A stretch of DNA of 64,000 bases from contig NW_002060945.1 in assembly GCF_000150275.1 (NCBI RefSeq), positions 4,761,397-4,825,396 on the forward strand, read 5' to 3'. Both the position numbers and the translations under genes were made by a program. Shown in pieces: positions 58,401 to 64,000 of the stretch. How positions within the stretch are numbered: the first letter of the stretch is position 1; each line of letters begins with the position of its first letter. The notes beneath the pieces are model-generated. The model was given only the letters and a program-made list of their open reading frames with translations. It searched no databases and was not told where the DNA came from. This DNA is from Trichoplax adhaerens (Eukaryota; Animalia; Placozoa).

Positions 58401-61400
58401 CTGCATATTTTAATAGATAGCCATCTGGACTTTATTTGCATAGTATGCGCCTGGATACTTAGCATTGACATGGTATTGCTTCTTATTGATGAGTTTTTAC
58501 TGGGTATTTATTGACAGCTAGTTGCATTAGAATTGTTCTTACTGCATTTTATCTCGGTGATACTGAGGGTAGTACTAGCATGGCAACATTGATAAATTAA
58601 TTGGTGAGTTACAGCAGGCCGCTCGCTCTATGTGTTTTCTAAATAATTTATGGCTTCTTTAATTCAGCACACCCGATGATTTCTTTCTTTCTTGTTAAGT
58701 GTTACAATACATGGGTGATACCTAATGGTTTGCTAAACTACAAAGTTCTCATTGGAACTACAGTTTTGTCGGTAATTTCTGAAATTTACTCCGGAATTCG
58801 AAGATAGAGAAATGTCTTAAACTTATTTCTATACTTTAATCATAGTACAGAGTAGGTATATTCTAATCGACTGTACACGTATTATTTTGTTGTTTAACAT
58901 TCGGTAGTCTTCATGTTGAATTAATTAATATAGTTAGGATGTATTACTTTTGTAGACGATACTATTATGATTTATTATATCAAATTCTCACTTTCGTTAC
59001 GGCACTAGCAAAAGTCTTGATGATATCGTTATTGAAATTGATATGAAGGTTAAGGTGGTGTCTTATTCTATTTTATCACCACGATTAGGGATTAATTTTG
59101 TTCATATGATTCCACGCTATTTCGCTATACTGTACATCTATTGGTGGTACCCTCTGCTAAATTACAGTATTTTGAATGTAGTATGCTTGGAAATAAATAC
59201 CTTGATGCATATATAGTTTTTGCACGCGAATGGACGAGTCCAGTACGATCATTATTATGTGCCTTGATAATTTAATTGTCTTTGTCCTTTTATATGTTGA
59301 TGACATTGCAGTCGGGTAGTATTGAATGCATAATGACAAAATATTTATTATTTTACGTCTAGTGCAACAGTAGATACTCGTAATGACATGAGATTCTCAG
59401 ATTGATAGACAAAATCATACTGTATATCTAGATCTTCATTCCAATCGGCCACAAGCGGGCTGCCAGCCATATTGAGTAATAAATAAATAAATAAAATACT
59501 ATTTCATAAATAAATTTATACACGAGTACCGAATGCCTAATTACACAGAGATAGATTTAGGGTAGTAATGTTGGACGATAATAATCCAGTCATCAATGCG
59601 AAAAATAAGTGCAACGACTGCCATGTTGCTGTCTGATTTGACAGAGTTTTGTTGTCGATTTGTGATCACTTCAATATGCTAACGACTCGATAATAATGCA
59701 TAACGTAATATGAAATTAGAGATTTTCTGAAAACTACGCCTATAATTTATCCCTTTATTCTTTACTAATTTTTATTACCTAACACTTATTGATACTTTGC
59801 CCTTCTAATACAGACGATAGCTATACGTGTAGTACACATTCTATTAAATATTATACGTACGACGTACATGGAACAAAAAGTGCCTCTGATTGATGATGAT
59901 GATCCAAGATACTTAGTTTGCTGTTAAAATGTATTACTTTCAACTGACTTTTAAAATATACGTGTGCTCGTATTCGCTAGTGAAACCGATAATAATAATA
60001 TCGGATATTCAATTTCTCATTTTAAGAATTAAAAATTGTTCAAATTTTAATCTTGTAAACGATTTATTTTTCTTACCACAATACGATCAAATAATTCGTA
60101 TTCTCTACAGTCAAACAAAAGATTATTTACGACTATTCAATTTTTTTCTTTTTAATTTTCTATAGCATTGTCACCGTATTACTGACAGATAAAACGATTA
60201 GTTGGTTAAATATTTTATTTTATTAGTTATTACATTGCATTGCGGATATACATATATTAAATTGTAAAATTGAAAGTATAGTTAATTTATCATATGTTAT
60301 GATTTTGCCTAGGATTATACGTGTATAATCTTCCGGCTTTTCAATCGATTTAATGTACAATGAACTAGAATTCATAGGACTGTATTATCAGACACAATTG
60401 TAATCATACCTGGGAATTGAGATTTAATTATGAATCCATTTTATAGGTATTGCTTTCCTTTGCAGTACAGTAATACGAGTATATATATGGCACTATTCGT
60501 TACCTGTAATAAAAGTGCTGTAGAACATCAATTTGGAAGATCATTACAATTTAATATAGTAAATTATAATAGCTTCCGTTTACCCTGCTTACTGAATAAT
60601 CTCTGTCTGAATTATAAATCATTGTAGTAATAGCCTAAACGTAAAGCTAGACGAAGTTGAATGTATAACATAACTATATTGTGTGTTACATACTGTTTAC
60701 AGTACAGTCAGTATTCATTTTACAATATTATACAGTACAATATATTTTTTGGACGATCAGGATGTCCTTTACACGTATAATGTGATTAATCTTTTGAAGC
60801 TGCAGTTAGTATAGTTAGTTATAGACTACTGGAAGTAACACCATAATATGATTAATCTTTGAACGCTGCAATTAGTATAGTTATGGACTACTGGAAGTAA
60901 CACCAGATTCTTCATAGAAGCACATTTTAACACTAGATGTGACATATTCTGTAAATATACTGTAACTGATGGTAATCCGGGCAGAATTAATTTTCGCAAT
61001 TAAAAGTAAACACAATGTAAGCACTTTAGTTTTTATTGCCGGAAAATGTTCGATTATATTATTGCTCGATCACTAGAATTACTTTACTATTACAAGGTAT
61101 TAAATTACTAGATATATGTCAATGCTTATGACAGAATAAGTAGCTACGATTTGATTAATGTAGCTTTTCGCTTGCTTCTTGCTTGATTTAGAAGTAACAA
61201 ATCTACAGAACTGTTTAATAGAGAATAAAAAATGTAACTTACCCTTGTAATAACCAAAGTCGGAGGAAATATTTTTATTGTTCTTAGTAAAACCCAATCA
61301 AGAATATCTGGATTCACTAATCAGTAGCAAACCATAAATTTTGTACTTCATCCAGTATACTTTCTGCTGTTATGTGAAATTTGAATACGACAGAATTATG

Positions 61401-64000
61401 ATATTAATAGATGGAAGATTATATTTTATTGCATTGTTCATTTCCAGGATAACTGTATATAATAGTACAGTGATGTGACGTTACTAGTTAATGTTAGGTT
61501 GATATATGTATATATTCTCGTATATTTACGTCAATTGAAGAAGAGTCTTCAACAACATAACCAAGCAGTAGTTAAATATTTATAATTTAGATTTATTGTT
61601 TGTTAAGATAACTTTATCCCATTTATGACTATTTTAATTTCGTACACACTATCTACACAAACACATATTAACTCTCACTGTCAGCAACACATTGCTATTA
61701 CCCTTTTATCGACGTAATTCAATGATAATCGTAGCATTGGTTAGCTAAATCTGATAATGGAATTGGAAATGATGCTTTTTACTAATTCTGGTGTCTTCTA
61801 TGCAGAGAAATGACATTACAACATCGAAGTATACGATATTGACATTCCTTCCGATCAACCTGTTTGAACAATTTCGACGTGTAGCTAATGCCTATTTTCT
61901 TTTTCTACTAATTTTACAGGTAAGTCTTGCGTTAAAATACATTTTTACTAAGTCGGTGTCAATACGTATCTAGTGAGTTATACTAATAGTCATTATAAAA
62001 TAATGTATAAATATTAATAAGTAACGATCGCATAAGTGCCATAAAAAGATGTTATTATCTCTATAATCTAACAAGTGACTATTAAAAACTCGTAGTATTT
62101 TGCAGTACTGAATGTTTTTTACGGTGTACGTGTTCATTACGAAAAATTTTGTATCCGTAGAATCACATACAATGCAGTAGTATATTATATCGTGTCTACG
62201 CATAACAACGCTATACCAAATATTAATCGACAAAAATGCTATTAAAATTGTTCTGTAGATAAAATTATTAAAAATGCAATTTAGAGTGATATATTATCTG
62301 GATTCTGTGACATCTTTATTAGTACGGTCATTAAATTTTACTAGAGCACATATTATGACCTTTGCAACTGTATATCGGCTATACACATTTGTTCGATGTA
62401 CTTATATATATGCCATTCATTCTCACTTGCAATAACAGTGTATACCACAAATTAATGCTCTGAACCCGATATCGACGGCAGTGCCATTGGTTATAGTGCT
62501 AGGAATCACTGCTGCCAAAGACGGTGTAGATGACTATGTAAGCTGACTAAAATTTTACGATTCTTTACATTAGTCATTTATTTACAATTTCTTATTTAAA
62601 CACTAAAATCGAAATGTTATGTATTTGTACTGTTCACTAAATAGAAGCGGCATCAAAGTGATAGGAAAATTAATAATAGAGAAGCAACAGTATTGCAAAA
62701 TGGAAGGTTATTTCTACTTATTACAAAACTTGAAGTAAATTACTTAAGTCGGTGTCCTCATTACTCTTCAGTTAATTTTAGCTTCTTTTAAATACAGCTT
62801 TCAACCTATAAAATGGAAAGATGTAAAAGTTGGCGATATTGTTCGGATAGAAAACAATCAGCACGTTCCAGTAAGTAGAATGGCATATAATACTATATCT
62901 TGCTAGCTTTGGTATGTACATTTCTAAATTCATTTTCTAACTGTTTAGGCGGATATACTATTATTGTCGACAAGTGAGGCAAGCATGTTCTGCTTTATTG
63001 AAACCGCTGATCTTGACGGGTACATTTTAGAACTTTATGTAGTAAGCTCCGCTCTGTAGCTATCATTTGGCTGTAGGGCCGATTTCGACTTTACTGATGT
63101 CCAGATATTGTAACATCATTTAAAACATCTTAAATTAGTACTGTAAAACTCTGTCTACTACATTAATGATAAATAGAAACGATCTGTTTTCACTGACATG
63201 CGTAACGGATCATTTGATAGTGGGTAATTGAAAGTGCGGTATTTCAGTAGGTTATATAATATCTGCCTTGCAAAAATTAACTTCATTTACGTGTTATACA
63301 GCGAAACCAACTTAAAAATTCGTCAACCACTTGCCGTTACTGGAAAAATAGGAGTAAACGAAGGCTCTTATGTCAACTTTACTGCAACATTGCAATCAGA
63401 GTTACCAAATAATCGACTAAATAAATATCAAGGGACACTTGAATACAATGGTGAAACCTATGCGATTGATAATGACAAAATACTATTGAGAGGATGTGTT
63501 TTACGTAATACAAAGCAGATATATGGTACTGTAGTGTTTACTGGAAAAGATACGAAGCTGATGCAAAACAGTGGTACGTACAACTGATCGAATGGTGATG
63601 TTGTAACCATTGTATTATATTTTTTCGATTTGAATACGAATTTAAGTATTTCATATTACTAGGTTCGCCGCGTTTCAAGCGCACCCGTTTAGATAGAGTC
63701 ATGAATTCATTAGTCTTACTGGTAAAAACTTGCTGAAATTTCAAACATTAATACCTATATATAACATGTACATTGTGCCATTTCTTGTACGTTATTTACC
63801 ATTAATAATTATTAATCCTGCTTTGTTATTATGTAACGAATGTACTTCTGCAGATTTTTGTCATACTTTGTTGCTTTTCTCTTATTGGTGCAATTCTTGG
63901 AGGTTTATGGGAAGGTAGCACAGGCCAAGTACGTTGTCTAGCAAATGAAAAGTAGAAATAAACTGCGTAAAGCAAAATAAGATAGAATATTTAGCTGGGT
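55470..64000 (+). CDS. Phospholipid-transporting P4-ATPase (flippase), ATP8B class; 3' end beyond the window
   Basis: Exon 1 [10 protein letters not shown] (55470-55557), VRTIYINDR exon (~56283-56347), then [98 protein letters not shown] and [11 protein letters not shown]. The last two motifs are ATP8B-like. The specific paralogue cannot be assigned. Confidence 0.92.
60783..60904. repeat. Imperfect tandem duplication (~66-bp period) in P4-ATPase intron 2
   Basis: tgattaatcttt..gctgca.ttagtatagtta..tat(a/g)gactactggaagtaacacc occurs at 60783 and 60849. Confidence 0.85.

Noticed and set aside
59868-59927. Possible alternative first exon [16 protein letters not shown] in P4-ATPase intron 2
   Set aside because: Only a weak donor and no supporting evidence; cannot be supported without RNA-seq.

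Overview
AT-rich, intron-dense eukaryotic (animal) genomic DNA. The compact genes, ~70-150 nt introns and protein sequences suggest a placozoan such as Trichoplax (inference, not confirmed). Most ORF-track entries are exon fragments or spurious, so I reassembled genes by hand from splice sites. Layout: an ~11.3 kb stretch with no recognisable coding exon (includes a 50-N gap); RETSAT (+); GON4L (-); a 3 x 209-bp tandem repeat; an intronless clan-3-like cytochrome P450 (+) with an apparent 1-nt frameshift near its C-terminus; GBA2 (-) head-to-head with RGP1 (+); a small 3-exon KGD4/MRPS36 gene (-), absent from the ORF track, head-to-head with CLPX (+); and the 5' part of an ATP8B-type P4-ATPase (+) that runs off the window. 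The strongest unexplained signal is dense, palindromic (TACTG/CAGTA)n pentamer islands just upstream of every intron-containing gene, which may be a lineage-specific promoter mark. More speculative candidates are a structured element in a GON4L intron, a telomerase-template-like element in the KGD4 intron and a dispersed CATRGACTAC inverted-repeat (MITE-like) family.
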